64,000 nt of DNA from an uncultured Phycisphaerales bacterium (GCA_963772725.1 CAVYYI010000003.1:704001-768000), one strand, 5' to 3'. Shown: positions 45,528-57,100, counted from the stretch's first letter. Program-made: numbers and translations. Notes: a model not told the origin generated them from the sequence alone.

Positions 45528-47051
45528 TTACTTTGTGATATTTCCGCGGTCGTCGTAGCAAATCAGGTCGTGTTTTTCACCTATATAATCAGGCGATGAA
45601 CGGATAATGACGATTTTATCGCTGGCCTGCTCAATCTGAGCGATTGTAGAGCGTTTTTCATTCTGAAGATATTCAGAGACTTCCGCCGACGCCAACAGCT
45701 CTATCCGTTTGATTTGCGGTCTCGATGTGTAAAGGTTCAAGAGGCGTATAATTTCGATGGCGGTTGACTCATGGCTTTTAACAAAACCGGTTCCGGAGCA
45801 GTGCGGGCAAATAAGATGGGTGCTTGACTGCAGCGATGGACGCATCCTCTGTCGCGTCATTTCAATAATGCCGAAACGGCTGATTCGCAGTATCTTCGTA
45901 CGTGCACGGTCGGTTTTGACCGCGTCACGAAAGGCTTTTTCGACCTCGACTCGATGTTTTTCACTGTGCATATCGATAAAATCGCAGACTATTAATCCGC
46001 CGAGGTCTCGCAGCCTGAGCTGTCGGGCTATTTCCGCGGCAGCCTCGATGTTAATCTTAAAGGCTGTCTGCTCGGCGCTTTTCTGCTCACGGTAATGCCC
46101 GCTGTTCACGTCTATTGCGACAAGCGCCTCGGTTTGCTCTATAACTATGGAGCCGCCGCATTTCAGGCGAACAGTACGGGACTGAATTTTGGATATTTCA
46201 TCTTCAATTTCATATTTATGAAAGAGCGGGATTTTGCCGTCATAGTAAACTACTCTGCGTCTGAAACGCGGCATCGCAATCGAGAGAAAATCCTTTATTT
46301 TTCTAACTACACTTTCGGAATCGCAGATTATCCTGTCTATCTTGCTGCTCAATATGTCCCGCAGCGTTCGAATTACAAGATTGGATTCGGTATAGAGTTC
46401 GCTGGGGGCCTTTTCTTTATCAATTCGCTTTTCAATGGTGCCCCACAGGCGTTCGAGATACCTTAAATCGTTAAGAATATCCTTTTTTGAGCAGCCCTGT
46501 CCGGCGGTTCTGATAATAAAACCAATTCCTTTGGCCGGCCCGATTTCGTCAAGAATCTGCTTTAATCTGGCGCGTTCCTGCTCATCTTCAATTTTGTGTG
46601 AAACGCCATGCTTTCTCATCCATGGCATCATAACAAGATATTTGCCCGGCAGAGAAACATAGGCGCTGAGGGTGGGGCCTTTGGTGTTCACCCCTTCTTT
46701 TGTAACCTGGACGACAAGCTCCTGGCCTTTGTGCAGGCATTTCTGGATAGGGACCCTTTCTCTTAAGGCCTGCCTGCGTCCGATAGACTCGATTTCGGCC
46801 TCCTCGTTTTTGCCGAGATATCGAGGATGCAGGTCGCTTATGTGGAGGAAGCCGTTCCTGTCGATGCCGAAGTCGATAAAAGCCGCCTGAATGCTTGATT
46901 CGACGTTTACCACTCTGCCCTTGTAGATATTGCCGACGTGACTGCTCAGGCCGAGACGTTCCATATAAAGCTCCTCGAGCGCACCATTCTCAACAACCGC
47001 GATTCTGCACTCTTCCCGTTCAGCCACATTTATGAGCATTTCTCTTGCCAT
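45528..47051 (-). CDS. Rne/Rng family ribonuclease
   Basis: GNIYKGRV, AAFIDFG, DVNSG, RQLRLRDLGGLIVCDFIDM, CPHCSGTG. Confidence 0.95.
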   Translation of the reverse strand: MAREMLINVAEREECRIAVVENGALEELYMERLGLSSHVGNIYKGRVVNVESSIQAAFIDFGIDRNGFLHISDLHPRYLGKNEEAEIESIGRRQALRERVPIQKCLHKGQELVVQVTKEGVNTKGPTLSAYVSLPGKYLVMMPWMRKHGVSHKIEDEQERARLKQILDEIGPAKGIGFIIRTAGQGCSKKDILNDLRYLERLWGTIEKRIDKEKAPSELYTESNLVIRTLRDILSSKIDRIICDSESVVRKIKDFLSIAMPRFRRRVVYYDGKIPLFHKYEIEDEISKIQSRTVRLKCGGSIVIEQTEALVAIDVNSGHYREQKSAEQTAFKINIEAAAEIARQLRLRDLGGLIVCDFIDMHSEKHRVEVEKAFRDAVKTDRARTKILRISRFGIIEMTRQRMRPSLQSSTHLICPHCSGTGFVKSHESTAIEIIRLLNLYTSRPQIKRIELLASAEVSEYLQNEKRSTIAQIEQASDKIVIIRSSPDYIGEKHDLICYDDRGNITK

Positions 47052-47105
47052 TGTTTTATCCTTACAGTTTATCGCCCATATATTTTTTGTTTGTCTGCGC
47101 CCGCG

Positions 47106-47792
47106 TCAATTGTCTTGCCACCTGACATTTGTTCGCTTTATGGGAGCAGTCAATTCTTCGATATTAAGTTCCAGCAGTTTAAGAATTTCATCCACGCGAA
47201 TCGAACCGCCTGGACTGATTTTACATTCCACGGATATCGCCTGAGAATCCATATTGATATCGCCTAAAAATGGCCTTACATCCACAACCCGCGTATGTCC
47301 GGCTTCGTCAGTCCGCCGCTGGATATTCAGCTCCTTATTCGCAAGCAGGGTATCGATTCTGTTTTTCGTCACTGTATTTGCCATATCTTGTTTTATCGGC
47401 AGAATATAGGTAGCGGAGTTTGCCTGCTGAGAAATTTTCTTTTCGGACGTTACAACGCTAAGCAGTTCAATTCCCTTTGGCAGTTGGGCGGAAAGTGACG
47501 CTTTTAACTGTTCAGCGTTAAAAGGCGTCGCGGAATCGTCTAATTGCAGGCACAATAATTCCTCATCGGCCTCTACGCCGACACTCCTCGGCAGCGGCAG
47601 CGACATTTTGGGATGAGGGTTAAAACCCTGGCTGTGGCGAATTCGCACACCCGCCCTTATGCAGGCTCTTTGAAGCATCCTGACGGTCTCCGCGTGCGAC
47701 AGAAACCTCAGACTGCCGAAAATCCTGAACCTGACCAAAACTATAATTGTCTTTACCCCAGCTTCTATTTCGAACTCCTTAGCACCCGCCAA
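47106..47792 (-). CDS. radical SAM-linked protein (DUF2344-like)
   Basis: RFLSH, SQGFNPHPK; typical neighbour of rng; start uncertain. Confidence 0.8.
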   Translation of the reverse strand: MAGAKEFEIEAGVKTIIVLVRFRIFGSLRFLSHAETVRMLQRACIRAGVRIRHSQGFNPHPKMSLPLPRSVGVEADEELLCLQLDDSATPFNAEQLKASLSAQLPKGIELLSVVTSEKKISQQANSATYILPIKQDMANTVTKNRIDTLLANKELNIQRRTDEAGHTRVVDVRPFLGDINMDSQAISVECKISPGGSIRVDEILKLLELNIEELTAPIKRTNVRWQDN

Positions 47793-47924
47793 ACATCTTG
47801 CGAATACTGCAACGCCAGCTATTTTCCGGTATTATTACAGAATTATTCCTGAAAAACAAGGATTTTCTGTGAACTCAAGGTTTTGGGCAACAGGGGAACA
47901 TTAGTAACGCCGGACACCACGTAC

Positions 47925-48417
47925 TCAGGCGGAGAAGATTTCGTCGGCGAGGTCCTGTCCGACCTGTTTGGCGTAATATTGTTCGAGGGCTTTTTTGCCC
48001 TGGGTCTGGAAATTTTCGGCGGAATTGAAAACGCCTATTTTCACAAGTACCAGCAGTGTAATGCACGCGGCCGCATTGGCAGCGGCGCCTTTATATTTGC
48101 TTAATCTTTCGGGAAGTTTTGGTTCCGGTAAAGCGGTTTTGAGTTTTTCAGCCTTTAAGGAATATCTGAGGCTGTGTTTCAAGACGCCGATAGCCTGGGT
48201 ATTTGCGCATAAGTAAATCGAGTCTGTGCGGTTCGGATTTAAGGAGGGATAGGGCCAAATCGACCCTGCCTGCCGAAGCGAGACGCTTTTGGCAGCGGGG
48301 GCAGTTGGCGATATGATTTTGCACCCAGTCTGTATCGAGGTTAATTCTGCTGCTTAGAGCATTGAACAGCCTGGCACGGATATTACCGCACTTATTATTT
48401 TTTTCGATTGCTTTCAT
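47925..48417 (-). CDS. zinc-finger anti-sigma factor, frameshifted
   Basis: HIANCPRC (HxxxCxxC), single TM helix; overlaps the sigma stop codon. Confidence 0.75.
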
Positions 48418-48978
48418 TTTTCAACTTCTTTCTTATTCATCCACGCCGCGAGGAGCTGCACGGCCTTACATCTGTACACTCGTGCCGTCGCCTCGGATAT
48501 ATTTAATATTTTGCCAACCTGAGTATAAGACAGTTCCGCCAGGTCCCGCAGGACAACGACATCCCGGATGTTTTCAGGCAGCCCTGCGATTGCGCAGCCT
48601 CAGCGCATCCTTGAGAAACCCTGCGTTAAGTTCCGTCGCCTGTGATTTTGTATTTCCCGCCGAGGCCAGCTCCTGCGATGTATGCCTTTCGGTAATTTTA
48701 TGCCGGAGTATCGAGATGGCGATGTTATTGGCTGAACGAAAAACATAAGCCTTGATGTGTTCCGGTTTTTGTCCGCCCTGGTAGTGGGCCAATTTCAGGA
48801 ATGTATCCTGGTAAGCGTCGCATACGTCCTGCTCATTGCCGAGTATTCGCCAGAGCATCGTAATTAAATCCTGACCGTGTGTCTGCATCGTGGATAGTAC
48901 CCATCGCTGAGTTTCGCTAAGCGACTGAGGTATGGCAAAATCCAAAACCAATCCGCAAGTGGCGGTCTTATTCGACAT
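48414..48978 (-). CDS. ECF sigma factor, frameshift ~48595
   Basis: DAYQDTFLK (region 2); shifted frame gives RDVVVLRDLAELSY.QV..ILNISEATAR (region 4). Confidence 0.85.
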
Positions 48979-49012
48979 AAAAACCTTCTGATTTGAAATA
49001 TATTTCTGACTA

Positions 49013-49109
49013 ATAGACGCACCAGCTATGCATTATGTTAACAAAAATTTCATAAAAATCGCAAAAAAAATAATTTTTTTTGTTAACATTCGCGCCCTTT
49101 ATGCGTCTT
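49013..49109. promoter_or_regulatory. back-to-back ECF-type promoters
   Basis: Minus strand TGTTAAC-17-CGTCTA; plus strand TGTTAAC-16-CGTCTT. Confidence 0.65.
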
Positions 49110-49171
49110 ATCTATGTAAAAAACGTCAAAAACCGCCAATTTCGCAAAAAAACAGGCAGGTTATCGCCAAA

Positions 49172-49242
49172 TGTCATTCCCGCGAAAGCGGGAATCCATA
49201 TTGGCGGTGTGATACTGGATACCCGCTTGCGCGGGTATGACA
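49172..49242. repeat. REP doublet, same family as 25800 and 36272
   Basis: TGTCATTCCCGCGAAAGCGGGAATCC..GGATACCCGCTTGCGCGGGTATGACA. Confidence 0.85.
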
Positions 49243-49270
49243 AAATAAAAGATTGATAGATGAGAAATTT

Positions 49271-50450
49271 ATGAATAGTAATACAAATTCAAATCCAAAG
49301 AAGCATAAAGAGCCGGCGCAGAATGTTGTCGTTGTCGTGGAAGATTTGCTCAAAAAGGCGATTCAGGCCAACGCCAGCGATGTGCATTTTGAACCGACTG
49401 CCGGGGAGCTTGTTGTTAAGTTTCGGCTCGATGGCGTACTGGGAATCGCTGAAAGGTTGCCTAAAGCTCTGGCGGACAACGTGGTTGCCAGGCTAAAGGT
49501 CATGGGCGGGCTTTTGACTTATCGAAACGATGTGCCTCAGGAGGGCAGAATCGATGTCAGCCAAGATTATTCGGAGCTTGTTATCGACCAGCGGCTGTCA
49601 ATTTTCCCGACGATTCACGGCCAGCGGGCGGTCGTGCGATTGTTCTATCAGAATAAGGAGCTTACGGCTCTTGAGCAGTTGGGATTTGCCGCGGAGATTT
49701 ATGCGGCATTGAAAAGGCTCGCGGCGGCGAACCAGGGGGTTCTCCTGCTGACCGGACCCGCAGGCAGCGGCAAAAGTACGACTCTGGCGGCGCTGTTGCG
49801 AAATATTTTGAAGCATTTTCCGGGCAGGAGCATCGTAACACTGGAAGACCCGGTGGAAATCCGCATCGAGGGTGTTACGCAGACGCAGATTACGCCTTAC
49901 GGGCAAATGACATTTCCGACGGCGCTGCGGTCAGCTGCTAAGGCAGGACCCGCAGGTACTGATGATTGGCGAAATCAGGGACGCAGAGACCGCAAAGATT
50001 GGGATAGAGGCCGGCCTGACGGGACATCTTTTGATGAGTACAATGCACAGCGGCACGCCGGCGGGGGCGCTACTGCGTCTGCTGGAGATGGGGATTGAGC
50101 CTTACCAGATAACATCGAGCGTATCGGCGGTTTTGAATCAGCGGCTTATCAGAAAACTCTGCGCCAAATGCAGAAGAAAAAACCAGCAAAGCGGTCTATA
50201 CGAATCGACAGGCTGCGAAGAGTGTTTTGATACGGGCTACAAGGGCCGTGTACTGATTGCTGAACTTGTCGAACTTGATATGCCTTTGCGAAAGGCGATT
50301 TTAGCCAAGGCCGATTCGGATGAACTCGAAGGTATCCTTAAAACAAAAGGCCACACAAATATGTTCGACGATGCCCAGCACTGCTCGAATCCGGCATTAC
50401 AAGTGAAGATGAATTGAATAAAGTTTTTGGAATTACTGTCTAAAAATTGA
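49271..50450 (+). CDS. GspE/PilB assembly ATPase, frameshifted
   Basis: ASDVHFEP, PQEGR, TGPAGSGKST, TLEDPVE, GEIRD, TGHL..STMH, CxxC pairs; ends approximate. Confidence 0.92.
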
Positions 50451-50546
50451 CCACGAATGAACACGAATAAACACAATTTATTAGCCACAGAGGACACAGA
50501 GGTCGCAGAGGAAGAAAAGGATTAAGGATAAAAAAAGGAACGGGAT

Positions 50547-51742
50547 ATGGCGAGGTTTGAATATAACGCGTTGACATCGGCGGGGCGGCTGATGAAAGGG
50601 ACAATCGAGGCTGGGTCGCAGGAAGAGGCGAAGGAACAGCTCAGCCAGATGCAGCTAAACATCAACTCTATTTCGCAGGCAAAGCCGGAAAAGCCGCAAA
50701 CGGCGATAGGCAGGAACGAGTTTCTTCTTTTTAATCAGCAGCTTGCCTCGATTACAAAGGCGGGCATTCCCATTGAGCGGGGGCTGCGTGAGCTTTCCAA
50801 AGATGTTGCCTCGCACTCGATGCGAAGGCTCATTGAGGCTATCGCCGAGGAATTGGAAGCGGGGGTGAGCATCGAAGAGGCCTTCGAGAAGAGGCAGAGA
50901 CATTTTCCGCCCTTGTACGGCAGAATTCTAAAGGCGGGTGTTGAGACCGGACGGCTCAGTGAGATGCTGGCCAGTCTCAACCGCCATCTTGAAACGGCCA
51001 ACCGTACGAGAAAAATAATCTTCGAGGCGATAGCGTATCCGCTGGTTGTTTTCGGCATCGCTTCGGTGATTATAACTAACGTATTATTATTTATAGTGCC
51101 GCAGTTCAGGGCAGTTCTTTATGAGATGGTCGGCGAGAATAAGTTTAGTTCTGTTACTACAACGATTTTTGTGATATCTGAGCATATTTTAATTTTTTGG
51201 GCGGGCGTGGGGGTAGTTGTCGGGGCGATAGTTATCGGGGTACTGCTGCTTTCGACATTTCCCGAGGGGCGGAGATTCAAGGAGTCGATATTTATGAAAG
51301 TTCCTGTTATGGGCAGGCTTTACCAGAGCAGCACATTAAGCAGGATGGCCGAGGCGATGGCGATGATGGTGGCGGCGGGAAGCGATATGCCGACGTGCCT
51401 TAGGTTAAGCGCAGAGGCGAGTGGCAGCGAAAAAATGATTCTTGAAAGCGAGGTTGTCGCACAGCAGATTGAGGGCGGGGCAAATATTATGGAGGCAGGA
51501 CAATTCTGCAAAATGATACCGAGGCTGTTTTTGTATTCGATGCAGCTTGGGCGCAGAGAAATGAATTACAGGACAATCTCTACAGTCTCGGGCAGATGTA
51601 TTCTGAGCAGGCCAGAAGCAGCCAGTCGAGATTGCAGACTATTTTGCTGCCGTTAATGCTTCTACTTGTAGGCGGGTTTATATTTTTTACTATCTTAGCG
51701 ATATTTTTACCGATGGTACAGGTTATTACGGCTTTATCATAA
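50547..51742 (+). CDS. GspF/PilC platform protein, frameshift ~51550
   Basis: QQLAS..KAGIP, AGVETGRL, YP, FIVPQF, IFLPM. Confidence 0.9.
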
Positions 51743-51767
51743 TAAGCATCTTAAAAGAGACAAGAAT

Positions 51768-53222
51768 ATGACATATTTTATAATATTGGTTTTGACGATG
51801 TTGTTTTTTGCGGTGCTGGGTTATAAAAAGCCTGTGGTGGCACTAGTTACATTGCCGATTGTGTGTATCGCATTGGGAGTGATTGCTGTTGACAATGAGT
51901 CGCCTGAATGGCTGATATTTATCGCCTTTATATTTCTCTTAGGTTTGATAGCGATTGCGCTTTCTGAAAGCGAGCCTGACTTTGAGCGTTTGCCACAGCA
52001 GATAGCGAGATGGACGCTTTTAACTATAGTTTTTCTATTGGCAGTAATAACGGGTTTTGCGGTATTTGGGGGATGGGGTATTCTGGTGTTATTTGGTATC
52101 TGTGTGCTGGCGGCGACGTTAATAGGTTATGGTTTAAGCTCACGATACGCGACGGCGGCTTATATTCTCACGACAATCGGGGCGAGTATGCGGCAGAACC
52201 TGCCTTTACCGATGGCACTGGAAACCGCGGCCCAGGGCCAGAAAGATATTCGCGCAAGAACACTGCGGCGGATAAAAAAGTGGCTTGTGCAAGGTTATTC
52301 GTTGAGCGAATCGCTCAAACGCGGCTATCCAAAATGTCCAGGCTACGCGGTCGCGATGATAACGGCGGCGGAACGGATTAATCAGCTTCCCTTTGCGTTT
52401 AAGGCCCTCGAGGCAGATATTGTTGAAAAGGCTGATGAGAGGAAAAGAATACGACCTGTACATCCTTTTTATCCTGTGTTGGTGATAACTGTTATTACAA
52501 CTATGGTAATCTTAATGGCAAAATTTGTCGTACCAACATATCTTACTGTTATTAAAGAGAATTTTGAAGGAGCTGAATTGCCGGCCGTAACCCAATTCCT
52601 GATGAAAATAATATCACCGATATTCTGGCAATCCGCTATCTTCTGGATTGTGTTGGGCCTTATAATTCTCATTAGCATTCCTGCTGCGATTCGGATAAGG
52701 TTTAGGCCTCGCAGGCCCGAAAAGCCTTATATGATTTCAAGGCTCTTCGATTTTATAAAATGGCATCTGCCGGTTCTGCACTGGTTTGAAAATAATTACT
52801 CGATAGTTCAGGCGATTGAGATATTGCGGCTGTCATTAAATGCCGGTGTTACGGTCAATCAGGCGATTGCCAATACCATTGGGCTGGATGTTAATAACTG
52901 TTTCAAAAAGCGGCTGCGAAACTGGCTCGAAAAGGTGGAAGCGGGGGAGAATATCTCTGCCGCCGCCCGTGAGAGTAAACTCGGCAGCACAATCGCATGG
53001 GCGTTTGACGCGGATGTCAATCAGGGTAATACATTGACGATTCTCGAAATGCTTGAGGAGTTTTACCGCTCCAATTACAGTTACAGGGTCAACCTCGCGA
53101 GGTTCATATTGTGGCCGTGCGTAACGATTATGCTCGGATTAATTGTCGGATTTGTGGTTTATGCGTTTTTTTCTCCGATGGTTTATATCATTAACCATCT
53201 GGCTGATATGGTAACACCGTAA
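51768..53222 (+). CDS. second GspF/PilC-like protein with N-terminal TM extension
   Basis: QNLPLPMAL, G.SLSESL, two T2SSF repeats. Confidence 0.85.
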   Translation: MTYFIILVLTMLFFAVLGYKKPVVALVTLPIVCIALGVIAVDNESPEWLIFIAFIFLLGLIAIALSESEPDFERLPQQIARWTLLTIVFLLAVITGFAVFGGWGILVLFGICVLAATLIGYGLSSRYATAAYILTTIGASMRQNLPLPMALETAAQGQKDIRARTLRRIKKWLVQGYSLSESLKRGYPKCPGYAVAMITAAERINQLPFAFKALEADIVEKADERKRIRPVHPFYPVLVITVITTMVILMAKFVVPTYLTVIKENFEGAELPAVTQFLMKIISPIFWQSAIFWIVLGLIILISIPAAIRIRFRPRRPEKPYMISRLFDFIKWHLPVLHWFENNYSIVQAIEILRLSLNAGVTVNQAIANTIGLDVNNCFKKRLRNWLEKVEAGENISAAARESKLGSTIAWAFDADVNQGNTLTILEMLEEFYRSNYSYRVNLARFILWPCVTIMLGLIVGFVVYAFFSPMVYIINHLADMVTP

Positions 53223-53236
53223 AACGGAGTAAAACT

Positions 53237-53611
53237 GTGGCTGATAAAAAGAAAAAGTATCGCGGTTTTTTATTAACAGAACTGGCGATTTCGCTGAGTC
53301 TTCTGGGGATTCTTATGGTCTGCCTGGGGGTAACTTTGAGCGATTTTGGCAAGTTCAATCAGTATCAGCTTGTAAAGCAGCGATGTGTTGCCGCAGCGCA
53401 GGCGGAGTTGGACAGTTTCGCTGCGACGGGCGGGGCGATTGATGAGAAGGATTTTAAAAGGCTTTGGCCCAGACTTGATGTTTCAATCGAGCAATCACAG
53501 GGCGATGGTCAATGGGAAGGGCTGAAGTTAGTAAAGGTGCGCACGAATGGCGATTATCCCGGCGGAAAAGTGAAAGTTGAATTATGCAGATATATTGCGA
53601 TAAAAAATTGA
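53237..53611 (+). CDS. prepilin-like protein
   Basis: RG/FLLTEL class III signal. Confidence 0.85.
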   Translation: MADKKKKYRGFLLTELAISLSLLGILMVCLGVTLSDFGKFNQYQLVKQRCVAAAQAELDSFAATGGAIDEKDFKRLWPRLDVSIEQSQGDGQWEGLKLVKVRTNGDYPGGKVKVELCRYIAIKN

Positions 53612-54114
53612 GTAAGACGCAAAAAGGTTATTCGCTCATAGAATTGCTGGCGGTGTTGAGCGTCATGGTAATATTGTCGGTTGTTCTGGCGGGATTTACC
53701 ACGACGACGCTGCGGGATATTCCCCGCTCTCTAAGAATTATGCAGGCTAATACCGTTATGCTGAATATGCTCCAGCAATTGAACAAAGATATAGATCCCG
53801 CCGATGAACTTCCCGATGCGTTCGAGCAATACAAAGCGGGTACAGAAATGTTTTTGATTAAATCATCGGGGGGCGTAGTTCGGTATCAGTTTAATGACGG
53901 ACAGGTCTCGCGGCAGAATTTGAACACCGGCGATACGCAGAAATGGCCTATTCCGCACGGCAGGATTGAATGGAAGGCACTACGGAAAGACGACAAAAAC
54001 TACGCTATCGAAATTACGACTTATATAGAGCAAAAGCAGGGCGAACGTATCGGAAAGAAGATGGAAAATTCGCACGTGTTTTTTGCGGGTATCTTTAAAG
54101 AGGCGGCTAAATGA
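53608..54114 (+). CDS. prepilin-like protein
   Basis: KG/YSLIEL class III signal. Confidence 0.85.
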   Translation: MSKTQKGYSLIELLAVLSVMVILSVVLAGFTTTTLRDIPRSLRIMQANTVMLNMLQQLNKDIDPADELPDAFEQYKAGTEMFLIKSSGGVVRYQFNDGQVSRQNLNTGDTQKWPIPHGRIEWKALRKDDKNYAIEITTYIEQKQGERIGKKMENSHVFFAGIFKEAAK

Positions 54115-54470
54115 AAAACTCAAGGCAAAAAGGTTTTGTAATGATATTTATCATAACGCTGCTGGCGTTAATCGCGGCGGAAGTATATGTTTTGGCAGGC
54201 GGAGCGAACGTGATTATGTTCCAGGCGAACAATGCTTATCTGCGGGCATGTGAGCGGAACCTTGCGGCGAGCGCAGCGGCGTGGGCGGAGAAAAATCAGA
54301 ATAAAAAAAATCTTCCTGGCAGGATAGAGCTGGATATTAAGAGTATGGATATTCCCAGGGCAAAACTGGATGTCAGCATAAAAAAGCCGCAGAACAAAAA
54401 AACTGCTATTGAGATAAATACCTCAGTCAGTTATGGCCGCAACACCATTAGACGCCATTATAAATTTTAG
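54111..54470 (+). CDS. PilX/GspK-like minor pilin
   Basis: KG/FVMIF, lacking E5. Confidence 0.65.
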   Translation: MKNSRQKGFVMIFIITLLALIAAEVYVLAGGANVIMFQANNAYLRACERNLAASAAAWAEKNQNKKNLPGRIELDIKSMDIPRAKLDVSIKKPQNKKTAIEINTSVSYGRNTIRRHYKF

Positions 54471-54607
54471 CCAATTATCATTCTTCTTCAAAAATCAGGA
54501 CCCCAACTTTTAAGGAAAAAGAAATAGCAGAATAAGGTTTTTACTTATTGAGGGTCCATCCGAAAAATAGTACTTTCGTTGTGTACGAGCGGTCGATGCA
54601 AATTAAT

Positions 54608-54973
54608 ATGAATTTGAAAGGGCACAAGATGTTTATTACTATCGCGTTGATATGTTTTGCAATCGCAGCCATTTTAGGCATTACATTCGTTGTAAAGTAT
54701 AGTTCCAGCGGCAGCCTCTCAACCCCCATAGCATTATCGCATGGCCTCTTCGGTGCCTTAGGACTCATCAATCTTATTATCGCCGCTGCTAAGGGCATGA
54801 CATCCACCGTCGGCAATATAGCTCTTGTAATTTTTGTCATCGCAGCGATTGGCGGATTCATCCTCATCACAAATCATCTCAAAAAAGGCTCACTGCCTAA
54901 ACCGCTTATTGCCATCCATGCCGCCGCGGCTGTAATAGCCTTTTTACTCCTGATATTTGGTTCTCTGGCTTAA
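54608..54973 (+). CDS. 4-TM membrane protein
   Basis: Four hydrophobic helices with two His; start uncertain. Confidence 0.7.
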   Translation: MNLKGHKMFITIALICFAIAAILGITFVVKYSSSGSLSTPIALSHGLFGALGLINLIIAAAKGMTSTVGNIALVIFVIAAIGGFILITNHLKKGSLPKPLIAIHAAAAVIAFLLLIFGSLA

Positions 54974-54998
54974 AATCCTATAATTATTTATTTTTTCA

Positions 54999-56339
54999 AT
55001 GACACAATTAAAATTAACAAAACCTTTTCTCGTTGTGTACTTGTTGTTAATAATATCGCCCGTCCTCGCCATTAACTGGCTTACGATTAAAGACTTGTCA
55101 GCTTTATTTGTAAATCTGGGTAAAGCCGCTGGCCTGATTGCTTTCGTCATTCTCGTCATCCAGGCCGTTCTCACCACGCGACTTAAAATCCTCGATAGAA
55201 TTTTTGCTATCGATAAACTCACCAATTTTCATAAATCAATGGGTATTGTCATTATCATCCTGCTTATTATCCATGTGTCACTTTTAATCGCAGGTTTTAA
55301 AAATCCTGCGATGCTCTCAGCTCACACATCATGGGAAATCAATTTGGGAAAGACCGCAATCGGTCTGGCTTTTATTACTGTAACGCTCGCGGCAACATTC
55401 CAGGCCTTTGGCATTGATTACAATATTTGGCGGCTCAGCCACAAAACCGCATTAGCCATTATCGCACTTGCCTTTTTACATTCCTACTTCATCGGGCCGG
55501 AACTCCACAGCCAACAAATGAAAATTCTCTGGTGGATACTCATCCTTGTCGGTTTTTCAGCTGCGATTTATCGAAATTTATATATCCCCTTTTTCTTACG
55601 CAAAAGCTATATCGTAAATTCCGTCATCCCACAGACCTACAACACATATACAATATCCTTGTCTCCGGAGGATGGTGAAATCTGTCCCTATAAACCCGGC
55701 CAATTTATCTTCTTAAAATTAAAGCGCCCCGGTAGAAAAAGTGAAATTCATCCTTTCACCCTTTCATCGTCTCCTGCACAAACCGGCATTTTGCAGGTCA
55801 CAATAAAAAAATCCGGCAACTTTACAAACACTATTGACCAGACAATCGCCGGTGACAAAGCTCTCATCGAAGGCCCTTATGGACAATTCAGTTTTCTCAA
55901 TATCCATCTCAACACTCTCTTTTTCATTGCTGGCGGCGTTGGCATCACACCTTTTATGAGCATGATTAAATACCTTCGCGACACCGGCGATTCCAGAAAG
56001 GTAACCATCCTTTACGCTAACAGAACTCAGAAAGACATCATTTTTAATAACGAACTTGAAACACTACCCCAAAACATTAAAGTCGTCCACATCCTCTCAA
56101 ACCCTGACCACTCCTGGACAGGTCTTAAAGGCTATATTACAAAAGATACAATCTATAACTACGCTAACGACTTTCTCCAAAATTGCGAAGTCTTTCTTTG
56201 CGGCCCGCCGCCTATGATGAAAAAAATGTTAACTTTTCTTAAAGAGACTCAATATTCCCGCCTCCCGAATACACTACGAACGCTTTTCTATTTAAACAAT
56301 ACCTTAGACCGATTTATGACCAACCAATGGTATAACTAA
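54999..56339 (+). CDS. ferric-reductase-like TM domain plus FAD/NAD(P)H oxidoreductase
   Basis: Paired His helices, PGQF, HPFTLSS, EGPYG, IAGGVGITPF, CGPPPM. Confidence 0.9.
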   Translation: MTQLKLTKPFLVVYLLLIISPVLAINWLTIKDLSALFVNLGKAAGLIAFVILVIQAVLTTRLKILDRIFAIDKLTNFHKSMGIVIIILLIIHVSLLIAGFKNPAMLSAHTSWEINLGKTAIGLAFITVTLAATFQAFGIDYNIWRLSHKTALAIIALAFLHSYFIGPELHSQQMKILWWILILVGFSAAIYRNLYIPFFLRKSYIVNSVIPQTYNTYTISLSPEDGEICPYKPGQFIFLKLKRPGRKSEIHPFTLSSSPAQTGILQVTIKKSGNFTNTIDQTIAGDKALIEGPYGQFSFLNIHLNTLFFIAGGVGITPFMSMIKYLRDTGDSRKVTILYANRTQKDIIFNNELETLPQNIKVVHILSNPDHSWTGLKGYITKDTIYNYANDFLQNCEVFLCGPPPMMKKMLTFLKETQYSRLPNTLRTLFYLNNTLDRFMTNQWYN

Positions 56340-56461
56340 TTATATTAAAACTGCTTATACAAAACGAAAATGATGTCTATATTATCAGAAGCGTAACAGG
56401 GCTTCATATACCAGTCGAAGGAGAAAAGTCATTCGACTAAATACCTCATAGCGATGTCATA

Positions 56462-57100
56462 TTAGGAATTAGCATTTAGGATTTTTATAACGGCAAGCGT
56501 ATAGATAGGTCTTTGCTGTTTTAGATACTTTCTTTCGAAGTTGGAGCCGACCCATTCGCCTTTGTCGGCGCCGGCGGCAGGGTAAAAATCAATCTCCTTA
56601 AGAATGCCGCTGCATCCGGAGATGACTCTTTTCATCTGTTCAAAATAATCGGCGTGGTCGGTGGCGAGCCTGATTTGCCCCTCGCTTTTAAGGCAGCGAA
56701 TAAGCTGCAGAAGATTGGCCTCTTTTATGAATCGTCTTTTGTTGTGATGCTTTTTAGGCCAGGGGTCGGGAAAATAGATATGAAAACAATCCACGGATTC
56801 GTCCGGCACGGATTCAGCAACAAAAACCGCCGCGTCGGTGCGTAGAAGTCTGACATTTTTGAGATTCCAGCGTCCGATACGGTCAACGGCATAACGGTAA
56901 AATCTGTTCGCCCATTCGATGCCCAGAAAATCAATCTCCGGGGAGGTCTTGGCCTGATTTATCAGAAAGGTCGCTCTGCCGGAACCAACTTCTATATGGA
57001 CGGGCGCGGAACGTCCGAAAACCTGCGCAAAACTTATTTTGCCCTGTAAATCTTCGGGCTTCAGGCTTATTTGCGGATAATCCATTAAAATTCGTGCCAT
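56462..57100 (-). CDS. trmB: tRNA (guanine-N7)-methyltransferase
   Basis: EVGSGR, FPDPWPKK.H.KRR, ATD...YF, SNFERK. Confidence 0.95.
   Translation of the reverse strand: MARILMDYPQISLKPEDLQGKISFAQVFGRSAPVHIEVGSGRATFLINQAKTSPEIDFLGIEWANRFYRYAVDRIGRWNLKNVRLLRTDAAVFVAESVPDESVDCFHIYFPDPWPKKHHNKRRFIKEANLLQLIRCLKSEGQIRLATDHADYFEQMKRVISGCSGILKEIDFYPAAGADKGEWVGSNFERKYLKQQRPIYTLAVIKILNANS

Noticed and set aside
4299..51742. Many frameshifts read as programmed frameshifting or mass pseudogenisation
   Set aside because: Single-base indels also hit core-like genes (rpiB, ECF sigma, pilB, pilC), and one is a missing G relative to an otherwise identical paralogue. Sequencing error is the simpler explanation.
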